A stretch of 64,000 bases of DNA. It comes from Candidatus Aenigmatarchaeota archaeon (GTDB lineage: Archaea; Aenigmatarchaeota; Aenigmatarchaeia; JACPZZ01). The stretch spans positions 33,932 through 97,931 of the forward strand of contig JACQNZ010000008.1 in assembly GCA_016202815.1 (NCBI GenBank), written 5' to 3'. The notes beneath the pieces were generated by a model. It was not told the DNA's origin. It did no database searches and worked only from the letters and a program-made list of their open reading frames with translations. This document shows positions 56,711-64,000 of the stretch, piece by piece. Numbering within the stretch: the stretch's first letter is position 1; each line of letters opens with the position of its first letter. The position numbers were made by a program, and so were the translations under genes.

Positions 56711-57920
56711 CCCGTTCAGCAGCGCCCATTGTGTAAGCAACATCGTAAATGTAACCGTTGCCAAAGACCGAAGAAATAAAGTACGCAATTACGACCAGCC
56801 ACACTATCGTGGAAACAAGCACGGCCGCGCCTTCCCTGTTCCCGTATTTTTGCGCATGGTAATAGGAGGGAAACGACACCGAAAACAGTATAGAGGCAAA
56901 CCCGGCCACTACGACCAGCGTCCCGGCTATCTGGCTCCTAAACACGGTATACAGGGAATTTCCCAGGAAAATCATCGAGGTTACCAGAAGTGAAACAGCG
57001 GCCGCCGACAGGAAACCAGAATAAATTATCCTGGAAAGCTGCGACTTCCTGGCTTTTCGTATAAAGCCCAAAATGCCTCCGAGCAACCCGCCGCCTATCA
57101 GGAAATTTATCGCAATGATGGCGACGGCAACACCAGCCATTTCCTCGTAATAATTCAGTAACCACGCATTTTTTTCATTGTATCTGCCAGTGACATGGAA
57201 ACTCTCCCACGGATCGAGGTTTGTTTTCGTTTTTACATAGCCGCCCGCGTAAACGACATTGTCGGAAATTGTCTTTATGAAATTTGCCTGTTCGCCGGCT
57301 ATCGCCACGCCTTTTGGCGCAGATAACGATTCAAACGTTGCGATGTTCTGTATGTACGTTGTTTTCGTCTCGCCTCCCCTGAGTGACAGGTCATCGTCCA
57401 CGTTAACCGCAACCCGCAGGTAAGGCGTGTCAAAGGGCGATTTTATTGTTTCAAAGTCAAAGTCGAAATTAACATTTTTTTTGGCATAGCCGGCGGCCTT
57501 GTAATAAATTATCAGGCTTCCGGTATCGCCCTGTTTTATCGGATTTGTCAGGTTTACCGTGATTTTTTTAGACCACGAAAGCTGCTCTTCGGCAAAGTCC
57601 GGGGTGGAATATTTTTTTCCGTAATAAGGATAATCGTAATAGGGATACCCGTCATTGGCGCGCACCTGCGTTTCCTGGAAAACGTAACGAATGTTCACGC
57701 GGCCCGGTATTTCCAAAACTATTTTGCTTATGTCTTCCTTGCCTGTGTTAAGTTGGATTATTTTCGCAATAACCGCAGCTTCGCCCTCGCCGTCAAATAC
57801 CGCCTGGTAATAATGCCCCGGCGATCCAGAATAATAGGGAGGCGAAAAGACGCTCGCCGAGGCAGGCATGGCGCCGGCTAGCAGAACCAATATCATCAGC
57901 GTTGTTATCCTGTTGCTCAC
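56703..57920 (-). CDS. Membrane protein (extracytoplasmic N-domain plus multiple TM; DUF2207-like guess)
   Basis: Signal peptide and C-terminal polytopic region. Confidence 0.3.
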   Translation of the reverse strand: MSNRITTLMILVLLAGAMPASASVFSPPYYSGSPGHYYQAVFDGEGEAAVIAKIIQLNTGKEDISKIVLEIPGRVNIRYVFQETQVRANDGYPYYDYPYYGKKYSTPDFAEEQLSWSKKITVNLTNPIKQGDTGSLIIYYKAAGYAKKNVNFDFDFETIKSPFDTPYLRVAVNVDDDLSLRGGETKTTYIQNIATFESLSAPKGVAIAGEQANFIKTISDNVVYAGGYVKTKTNLDPWESFHVTGRYNEKNAWLLNYYEEMAGVAVAIIAINFLIGGGLLGGILGFIRKARKSQLSRIIYSGFLSAAAVSLLVTSMIFLGNSLYTVFRSQIAGTLVVVAGFASILFSVSFPSYYHAQKYGNREGAAVLVSTIVWLVVIAYFISSVFGNGYIYDVAYTMGAAERAN

Positions 57921-57956
57921 GACCTGTTATTCTGCGGAAGCGCTAATAACAGGCTG

Positions 57957-58460
57957 CTAAATATTCGGGTTTTTCCCCAACCGCTGTAGAAACACGGCTT
58001 TTCTTGCGACCAGATAAGCTGATACGATCACGAGCAGGGACGCAATCACAACCAGCATCGAAGAAACTCCAGGAGCGGGCGCAACTCCGGTGGGGACATA
58101 GTCGCCTTTACCCGGCGCAGCCGACGCTTCATTCATCGCATAATAGCCGGTCGAACCGAACCCTATCGCGAACAGCACCAGCGCGATCGGTATCAGCACC
58201 CTTATCTCGCTCGGATACGGCGACAACAGATTTTTGCAGTCCCGGGTAAGCGAATAGTATTTCCATTTCCTGCCCTCGTCTTCTTGTTCCACGAGCCCGG
58301 CCCGTGCCATGGAATCCAGATGTTCCTTTACAGTGGATGCATGCATTTTTAGCCTGCCAGAAAGCTCTGTCAACGTCATGCGCCTTTCCTTGAGGTATTT
58401 GATTATTGTCAGCCGCGTCTCAGAGCCCAGTGCCTTCAAAACCTTGACGTCAAGTTCCAT
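57957..58460 (-). CDS. ArsR-family winged-helix regulator fused to a C-terminal membrane anchor
   Basis: LKALGSETRLTIIKYL...LTELSGRLKMHASTVKEHL (ArsR HTH) followed by two hydrophobic segments. Confidence 0.5.
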   Translation of the reverse strand: MELDVKVLKALGSETRLTIIKYLKERRMTLTELSGRLKMHASTVKEHLDSMARAGLVEQEDEGRKWKYYSLTRDCKNLLSPYPSEIRVLIPIALVLFAIGFGSTGYYAMNEASAAPGKGDYVPTGVAPAPGVSSMLVVIASLLVIVSAYLVARKAVFLQRLGKNPNI

Positions 58461-58587
58461 GAACTTAACTCTGCAAACAGTGTATTAAAGGCTTCTGGAT
58501 TCAAAAGCCGCCAAAATAAGCTTTTTTTAGCGCTAAAACGTTCAAAAATGACATAGATTTATAAGGGAAGCCGTATAATAACATATA

Positions 58588-58851
58588 ATGGCTGGCAGGC
58601 GACAGAGTTCTTCCGGCGATTTGAAGGATTCCATTCTTTCTGTTATGGGAAAATACACCAACACGCCAATGAGCATACAGCGCCTTAGTTTATTGATTTC
58701 TTTTGAGAACAGGGGCATGACAACGTCGTGGAAAACTGTGAAAAAACACGTCGACAAGCTCGTTGTTGAAAAGAAATTAAAGACCATCAAACTGCCGAAC
58801 GTGGAAAAACCCGAGGAAGGTCCTATAACAGGCTATCTTCTGAAAATGTAG
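58588..58851 (+). CDS. Hypothetical small protein
   Basis: ORF only. Confidence 0.25.
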   Translation: MAGRRQSSSGDLKDSILSVMGKYTNTPMSIQRLSLLISFENRGMTTSWKTVKKHVDKLVVEKKLKTIKLPNVEKPEEGPITGYLLKM

Positions 58852-58900
58852 GGCTTCTTTTAAAACTTTATTTAAACCTTGGCTTCAAAATTAGTAGGCG

Positions 58901-59872
58901 GTGGCCATGGAAGAAAAAAATTATGACGTAGTCATTGTCGGCGCAGGCGCGGCCGGCATGACAGCTGCCATTTACGCTGCGCGCAGGAACCTCAAGACCG
59001 TCATTCTTACAAAAGACGTGGGCGGCCAGACGAATACGACGAACCACGTTGAAAATTATCCCGGCCTCGGCGTCATGGACGGCCCGTCCATGATGAGGAA
59101 GTTCGAAGAACAGGCAAAGGATTTCGGTGCGGAAATCTTTTATGAAGGCGTGGAAAAAATAGAAAAGTTGGGAGAAAAGGACTTCCGCGTAATTACAAAC
59201 GAAGGCGTTTACCGTTGCAAATCCGTTATCCTTGCCTTCGGCAAGACGCCGAAACTTATGAACGTGGCCGGCGAAGTTGAATTCACGAACAGGGGAATTT
59301 CATACTGCATCACCTGCGACGGCCCGCTTTTCAAGAACAAAATAACAGCCGTTGTAGGCAATTCACACACAGCCCTGGAAGGCGCGGAAATTTTGAGCGG
59401 CATATGCTCGAAAGTTTACGTTATACACAAAGTTCCAAAATTCGCAGGCCACGAAAATGACGTTGAAAACCTGAAGAAAAAAGGCAACGTTGAATTTGTA
59501 AACGCTTCTGTCAAAGAGGCGAAAGGCGACAAATTTTTAAAGTCTGTTGTTGTTCAAAGAATGAATCCGGGAGAAGCGAAGGATATAGAAATCAGCGGCT
59601 TGTTCGTTGAACTGGGATTCGAATCAAAGACCGATTTCGTGAAAGACATGGTAGACCGCGACGCGCTGAAGCAGATAATGATCAACGGCCTGTGCGAAAC
59701 AAAAACGTCCGGCCTGTTCGCGGCCGGCGACGTCACGAACATGCCGTTCAAGCAGATCGTTATTTCCGCAGGCGACGGTGCCAAAGCGGCGCTGCAGTGT
59801 TACAATTACATCAAAGGCCTGAAAACCGTGATATCAGCGGACTGGGCGGCACTGAAAAAAGGGAAGAAATAA
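58901..59872 (+). CDS. trxB: Thioredoxin reductase-like FAD/NAD(P) oxidoreductase
   Basis: VVIVGAGAAGMTAA, redox CITCDG motif, GNSHTALEGAE NAD(P) site. Confidence 0.75.
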   Translation: MAMEEKNYDVVIVGAGAAGMTAAIYAARRNLKTVILTKDVGGQTNTTNHVENYPGLGVMDGPSMMRKFEEQAKDFGAEIFYEGVEKIEKLGEKDFRVITNEGVYRCKSVILAFGKTPKLMNVAGEVEFTNRGISYCITCDGPLFKNKITAVVGNSHTALEGAEILSGICSKVYVIHKVPKFAGHENDVENLKKKGNVEFVNASVKEAKGDKFLKSVVVQRMNPGEAKDIEISGLFVELGFESKTDFVKDMVDRDALKQIMINGLCETKTSGLFAAGDVTNMPFKQIVISAGDGAKAALQCYNYIKGLKTVISADWAALKKGKK

Positions 59873-59905
59873 ATTCGGTACGCTCGTTCGGATATTGATT
59901 GCATC

Positions 59906-60634
59906 TTACACCTTTGCGCCCAGAAAAATGCCTATCAAATAGCCAAGTATAGCCGCGATTGTCCCCACAACGGCAAGCTCAAGCCCGCTCCTTACCCAGC
60001 TGCCTATTGTGAGGCGCGATTTTATAGCGCCAAAAACAAACAGCGACACGGTTGACGCTACGATCCCCCACATCACTGCAGAAGAGACGGAGAGGAAAAA
60101 GAACGGCACTAACGGAATCAGCGACCCTATAATCGCTGATACGCCTACCACCGCGCCTTCCATCACAGGCTTTTTCGACCTCGATTCAGCCAGCCCAAGC
60201 TCCTCGCTCATCATCACGTCGAGCCACAGTTTTTTGTTGGACGTTATCTTGCGCACTATGTCATTCAGTTGTTTGCCGCGAAAGCCTTTTTTGTAATAAA
60301 TTATCTTTACTTCTTCCCTCTCCATTTCCGGTATTTCCCTGATCTCCCTTTTTTCCTGTTCGACCTGCTTTTGGTAATAATCCTTCTCAGCCTTTGACGA
60401 CGTGTACGCGACAGCGGCCATTGAGATCGATTCGGCCATCGTGGCAGCCAGGCCAGCTATGATGATTATTCTGGAGTCGTTCGTTGCAGCGGCCACGCCA
60501 AGTATCAAGCCGAGAACGTTGACCAAACCGTCTTGACCGCCCAATATGACCTGCCTTAACAAAGAGCCTGTTTGCGGGTTGCGCTCCTTTTCCATGTGGT
60601 CTTTTACGTCCTTTTTGACTTTCACAATATTCAT
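59906..60634 (-). CDS. VIT1/CCC1-family iron/manganese transporter
   Basis: VIT-family layout (LGGQDGLVNVLGLILGVAAA ... C-terminal TMs). Confidence 0.65.
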   Translation of the reverse strand: MNIVKVKKDVKDHMEKERNPQTGSLLRQVILGGQDGLVNVLGLILGVAAATNDSRIIIIAGLAATMAESISMAAVAYTSSKAEKDYYQKQVEQEKREIREIPEMEREEVKIIYYKKGFRGKQLNDIVRKITSNKKLWLDVMMSEELGLAESRSKKPVMEGAVVGVSAIIGSLIPLVPFFFLSVSSAVMWGIVASTVSLFVFGAIKSRLTIGSWVRSGLELAVVGTIAAILGYLIGIFLGAKV

Positions 60635-60667
60635 TCATTTCTTAAGCTATAAATTAGAATAAACTTT

Positions 60668-61444
60668 ATGCCAAGCGAAAAAGTGTTTTACGAAAACACG
60701 AGAAGCCTGAAAATTGCGGCGATACTGGATAAGCCGGAAAAGTCGGGCAAAAATCCCGCCGTGATAATATGCCACGGGTTCACGAGCTTCAAGGAATTCA
60801 AGCCGCTGGTTAAAATATCGCAAAAATTGGTTGAAAACAATTTCATAACCATGCGTTTCGACTTCTCCAATTGCATAGGCGAAAGCGAAGGCCGTTGCGA
60901 GGATATGCTTGTTTCCCACCAAATAGACGACCTGATATCTTCGATAAATTTCCTTTCAGAAAATGAAAGCGTGGACAAAAAAAGAATTTCAGTAGTAGGC
61001 CACTCACTCGGAGCTTTTACGGCGATATTGACAGCGTCAGCGGATAAAAGAATAAGGAGCATTGTGCCGGTAAGTTCGCCGGCCAAATTCGAATGGCATA
61101 CGCTATTCGACGAGAATACGCTGGAAAAATGGGCAAAAGAAGGGCTGATGGATCATAACACGTTTAAAAAAGGTCACGTTAAGCTGCATTATAATTTTAT
61201 CGAAGATTTGAAGGAGTACGACGCGACCAAAATAATCAGGCGGGTCAAGTCTCCGACAAGGTTTATTCACGGATCCAATGACATAATTGTGCCGCCAAAA
61301 AACTCCCAAGCGCTGTTTGAGAACGCCAATGACCCAAAGGACCTCCGGATCATAGAAAACGCTGACCATGTGTTTTTGAAAGACGAGTTTATAGGGCAAC
61401 TAGTTGACATTACATCGCAATGGTGCATAAAGCACGGCAAATAA
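60668..61444 (+). CDS. Alpha/beta hydrolase
   Basis: GHSLGAF nucleophile elbow. Confidence 0.65.
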   Translation: MPSEKVFYENTRSLKIAAILDKPEKSGKNPAVIICHGFTSFKEFKPLVKISQKLVENNFITMRFDFSNCIGESEGRCEDMLVSHQIDDLISSINFLSENESVDKKRISVVGHSLGAFTAILTASADKRIRSIVPVSSPAKFEWHTLFDENTLEKWAKEGLMDHNTFKKGHVKLHYNFIEDLKEYDATKIIRRVKSPTRFIHGSNDIIVPPKNSQALFENANDPKDLRIIENADHVFLKDEFIGQLVDITSQWCIKHGK

Positions 61445-61488
61445 AGACAACTCTGCGATGTCAATACCACTTTAACGCAATTCGCCAA

Positions 61489-61578
61489 CTACTTCTTATT
61501 GGCGGGCGCGCCGCAGCAATTCTTGTAGTCCTTTCCAGAACCACACGCACATGGAACAATTTCCTTTTCCTTAGCCAT
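61489..61578 (-). CDS. Small SEC-C-motif metal-binding protein (30 aa)
   Basis: Hand-translated MAKEKEIVPCACGSGKDYKNCCGAPANKK; below the ORF-track size cutoff. Confidence 0.35.
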   Translation of the reverse strand: MAKEKEIVPCACGSGKDYKNCCGAPANKK

Positions 61579-61730
61579 ATTATCTCCTCCTTCGATTTTT
61601 AACAACACCCATTTTTACCGGATTTCTTTTTTTTGTCCACAGATATTACCTCCTGATCCACTTATGATACTAGGTATATAAATTATACTATATATAGAAT
61701 AAGGTATCGTGGGCGATACCTATCGAAAAT

Positions 61731-62033
61731 ATGAAAGCCGTATCGAAAGCCATAGCTACAATAGGAACGAGGCATAGGCTGGAAATTATCTGCGCGCTTT
61801 TGGCCAAGGGGCCTTCAAATTTTAACGAATTAAAGCGGGTTTTGGGAATGAATTCCACAACGCTGTCGAGGACGCTGAAGTTTTTGGAAGGCAGGGGAAT
61901 AATAAAAAGAAATGTAATAAACGAACGACCTGTTTCGGTCAGCTATTCATTGACAACCATAGGCCAGAGTTTCTCTGATGTAATGGAATGCATGGATAGA
62001 TGGGGGAAAAAACTAGCTAAGACAAGCGCATAG
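61731..62033 (+). CDS. HxlR/MarR-type winged-helix transcriptional regulator
   Basis: CALLAKGPSNFNELKRVLGMNSTTLSRTLKFLEGRGIIKR. Confidence 0.6.
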   Translation: MKAVSKAIATIGTRHRLEIICALLAKGPSNFNELKRVLGMNSTTLSRTLKFLEGRGIIKRNVINERPVSVSYSLTTIGQSFSDVMECMDRWGKKLAKTSA

Positions 62034-62095
62034 CCCCACAGAAAGCGGTTTTTTGTAAAATGTTTAAATATCATGGAATACGATAATAACTAGTT

Positions 62096-62836
62096 TTGAG
62101 TGATCCGATGAATAAGAAAAATGAAATAGTAATACAAAAAAACACCCTTGTTTTAATTTCTATAATTGTTCTGCTTTCCTTGACCGTTGTCGGTTTGGCG
62201 GGCCTTTATTTAGGCAAGCAGACGATCACGCCAGACACAGTCACCACAGGGACGACAATCCAGCAGCGCGCGTCCGTTTCTGCAGACGACGACCCGTCGT
62301 TAGGCGATGTTAATGCTCCGGTCACGGTAATAGAATTTTCTGATTTCCAGTGCCCGTTCTGCCGCGCATCGTACCGCGACGTCCTGCCGCAGTTCAAGAA
62401 CGATTATGTCGCATCCGGGAAAGTGAAATTCGTTTACCGGGACTTCCCGCTGGCGCAAATACACCCGGCCGCTTTGCCGGCAGCAGAGGCCGGCGAATGT
62501 GCAGATGAACAAGGCAAGTTCTGGGACATGCACAACAAAATTTTCGGCGAGCAGGACAAGAAAGGCCAGAGCACGGTGGCTTTTAACACGACCGACCTGA
62601 AGAACTGGGCGGCAGAAATAGGATTGGACGCGCAAAAATTCAGTTCGTGCCTGGATTCAGGAAAATACAAATCCGAAGTCGCGAAAGACCTTTCCGACGG
62701 CGAAAACGCAGGCGTACAAGGCACGCCAACATTCTTTGTAGGAAATCCAAAAGACGGTTATTCTGTCATACCGGGCGCAGTGCCTTACGACGTTTTCAAG
62801 CAGGTCGTCGACCAGGAGCTTGCGCGAGCCGGATAA
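62096..62836 (+). CDS. Membrane-anchored DsbA-like thiol:disulfide oxidoreductase
   Basis: N-terminal TM and FSDFQCPFC thioredoxin-fold active site. Confidence 0.7.
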   Translation: MSDPMNKKNEIVIQKNTLVLISIIVLLSLTVVGLAGLYLGKQTITPDTVTTGTTIQQRASVSADDDPSLGDVNAPVTVIEFSDFQCPFCRASYRDVLPQFKNDYVASGKVKFVYRDFPLAQIHPAALPAAEAGECADEQGKFWDMHNKIFGEQDKKGQSTVAFNTTDLKNWAAEIGLDAQKFSSCLDSGKYKSEVAKDLSDGENAGVQGTPTFFVGNPKDGYSVIPGAVPYDVFKQVVDQELARAG

Positions 62837-62889
62837 AAGTTAAAACTGATAAAAACGGGTTTAAATTTCTTTCTATCAGACAATCTACT

Positions 62890-63615
62890 GTGAAGCTTGT
62901 TGGAACTCTGCATAACGATCTGGAAGGCCCTCGAAGGCTTAGGCGGTTGCTTGATTATCTTAGCCCGGAGGCGATTACCATAGAGGCTGCTGCTGGGTTT
63001 CCGCTTGATGAAATGGTAAGAAAAATATCGGAGAATAATAGAAGGAAGAGCAGAGCGGTAAATTCGATTAATGGCCCGCAGAATATGAAACAGCTGTATA
63101 CGGAACTCTGCGAGCTTGGAGGTTATGAAATACTTGTTTCTGTTGAATACGCCGGTATCAGAGGCGTGCAAATTCATGGCGCAGATCATCCGCAAACAAG
63201 TGTGTTATTGGACTATGATACAGACGAGATTTTCTTGGAAATTGTAAAAAAAGAATTTGGCGGCATGCGTCCTGAAGTAGCGCGCATCCCATACAGCACC
63301 TTAAGGAGGCGTTACACGGAACATTTCAACAAAGGTTATTACGACCCACATGTTATAACAGCGATGGACCAGCGTATGTCACCAGACGCCAAGGCTGCGT
63401 TAAAAAAAGCCACGGAACATGAGGGTCTGGAACCGGAAGTCCGGGAACAATTTATGGCGGATGAAATTAGAAGGAAAAATCCACAACTGCATGTGGGCGG
63501 GCTTTCCCATGTTTTTGAAGGTTACCCGCTGGGGGTTACACCATTGTTCATGCGGCTGGGAGGCATCGTTTCGGAAAGAATGCGCCTGTCAGAAGCGGAT
63601 TCTATAACGCCGTAA
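62890..63615 (+). CDS. TraB/PrgY-family protein (tentative; GTG start)
   Basis: VKLVGTLHNDLEGPRRLRRLLDYLSPEAITIE resembles the TraB N-terminal motif. The listed ORF start at 62647 overlaps dsbA-like and gives a junk R/K-rich N-terminus. Confidence 0.4.
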   Translation: MKLVGTLHNDLEGPRRLRRLLDYLSPEAITIEAAAGFPLDEMVRKISENNRRKSRAVNSINGPQNMKQLYTELCELGGYEILVSVEYAGIRGVQIHGADHPQTSVLLDYDTDEIFLEIVKKEFGGMRPEVARIPYSTLRRRYTEHFNKGYYDPHVITAMDQRMSPDAKAALKKATEHEGLEPEVREQFMADEIRRKNPQLHVGGLSHVFEGYPLGVTPLFMRLGGIVSERMRLSEADSITP

Positions 63616-63627
63616 TGTTTACAAATT

Positions 63628-64000
63628 TCATTTCTTCAAAACTTTCATGAAATCCTTCAACGCCAGCGTATTCACGACATCCTTGCGCTCTGCCCACGCC
63701 CGCCTCGCAACGCCTATGCCGAACCGCATGTTCGCAAGTTGTTCGGCGCTGTGCGAGTCCGTGTTAACAACGAGCTTGCAGCCCATTTTAATGGCGTCGC
63801 GCGCATTGATGTCGTTTAAATCGAGCCTCTTTGGCTGCGCATTGATCTCCAGCAGCGTTCCCGTGCGTTTCGCGGCGTCAAAAACTTTTTCGAAGTCCGT
63901 GTCAGCGCCTTTGCGTTCTTCTATGTCCCTGCCGGTAAGATGGCCTATGACATCCACGTTTTCATTTTCAATCGCTGTTATCAGCCTCTTTGTGTTTTGT
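63628..64000 (-). CDS. PHP-domain phosphoesterase (partial; 5' end beyond window)
   Basis: LEINAQPKRLDLNDINARDAIKMGCKLVVNTDSHSAEQLANMRFGIGVARRAW, PHP C-terminal motifs; the ORF continues past 64000. Confidence 0.5.
   Translation of the reverse strand, partial: QNTKRLITAIENENVDVIGHLTGRDIEERKGADTDFEKVFDAAKRTGTLLEINAQPKRLDLNDINARDAIKMGCKLVVNTDSHSAEQLANMRFGIGVARRAWAERKDVVNTLALKDFMKVLKK

Noticed and set aside
62647-62889. N-terminal 81 aa of the 62647..63615 ORF (R/K-rich) as real protein
   Set aside because: It overlaps the dsbA-like gene in another frame and is compositionally aberrant; TraB-like homology starts at the GTG at 62890. The analogous listed 5' extensions at 30248..30499, 39976..40053 and 43943..44296 were rejected for the same reason.

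Overview
This 64 kb window looks like archaeal chromosomal DNA, about 50% GC, densely coding on both strands with frequent 4-nt ATGA stop/start overlaps and some TTG/GTG starts. Everything below was read by eye from the sequence and the supplied ORF track; no database search or folding was run.

The content is mostly housekeeping. It is rich in translation and RNA processing: aRF1, Val/Met/Tyr/Ser-tRNA synthetases, a YbaK-type deacylase, TrmI, a SpoU-type methyltransferase, RNase P Rpp21, the conserved S19e / PDCD5-like / L39e / L31e / aIF6 cluster, L10e, RtcA and an aCPSF2-like beta-CASP RNase. There is also central metabolism (PEP synthase, ADP-forming acetyl-CoA synthetase alpha, an aminotransferase, thioredoxin reductase), a protein-glycosylation cluster, and a cell-surface/secretome block (a partial >1450-aa thermolysin-like protease with a P-domain, a matrixin-like protease, an S-layer-like protein, a CARDB-repeat surface protein). 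No integrase, transposase, cas gene or CRISPR array was seen.

The unusual part is RNA-level:
- Five tRNA genes, four of them resolved and all intron-containing. tRNA-Ala(CGC) and tRNA-Thr(CGU) each carry two introns including a non-canonical D-loop intron, tRNA-Ile(GAU) has a D-loop intron, tRNA-Trp(CCA) has a ~130-nt intron, and a fifth tRNA-like gene is unresolved.
- A family of near-identical palindromic hairpins (GAAGCATACCG...CGGTATGCTTC and GACGCATAC...GTATGCGTC types, often flanked by AACT(A/G)G ... CAGT) recurs inside the tRNA introns and in intergenic 3' regions after at least four protein genes, plus one variant just upstream of tRNA-Ala.

Other notable items: a dCTP-deaminase-fold protein with a ~180-aa internal insertion in a two-gene islet bracketed by tRNA-Ala and tRNA-Ile; a HEPN/MNT pair whose HEPN gene carries a -1 frameshift in a C-run; RtcA followed in frame by a 42-codon acidic tail after its stop codon, next to a beta-CASP RNase whose leader holds a tandem structured repeat; and a DUF5615/PIN-like toxin candidate.

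The many tRNA introns (including non-canonical D-loop positions), the TTG starts and the compact genes suggest a small-genome archaeon, possibly DPANN/Micrarchaeota-like or Thermoplasmata-related. That assignment is an inference and unverified.
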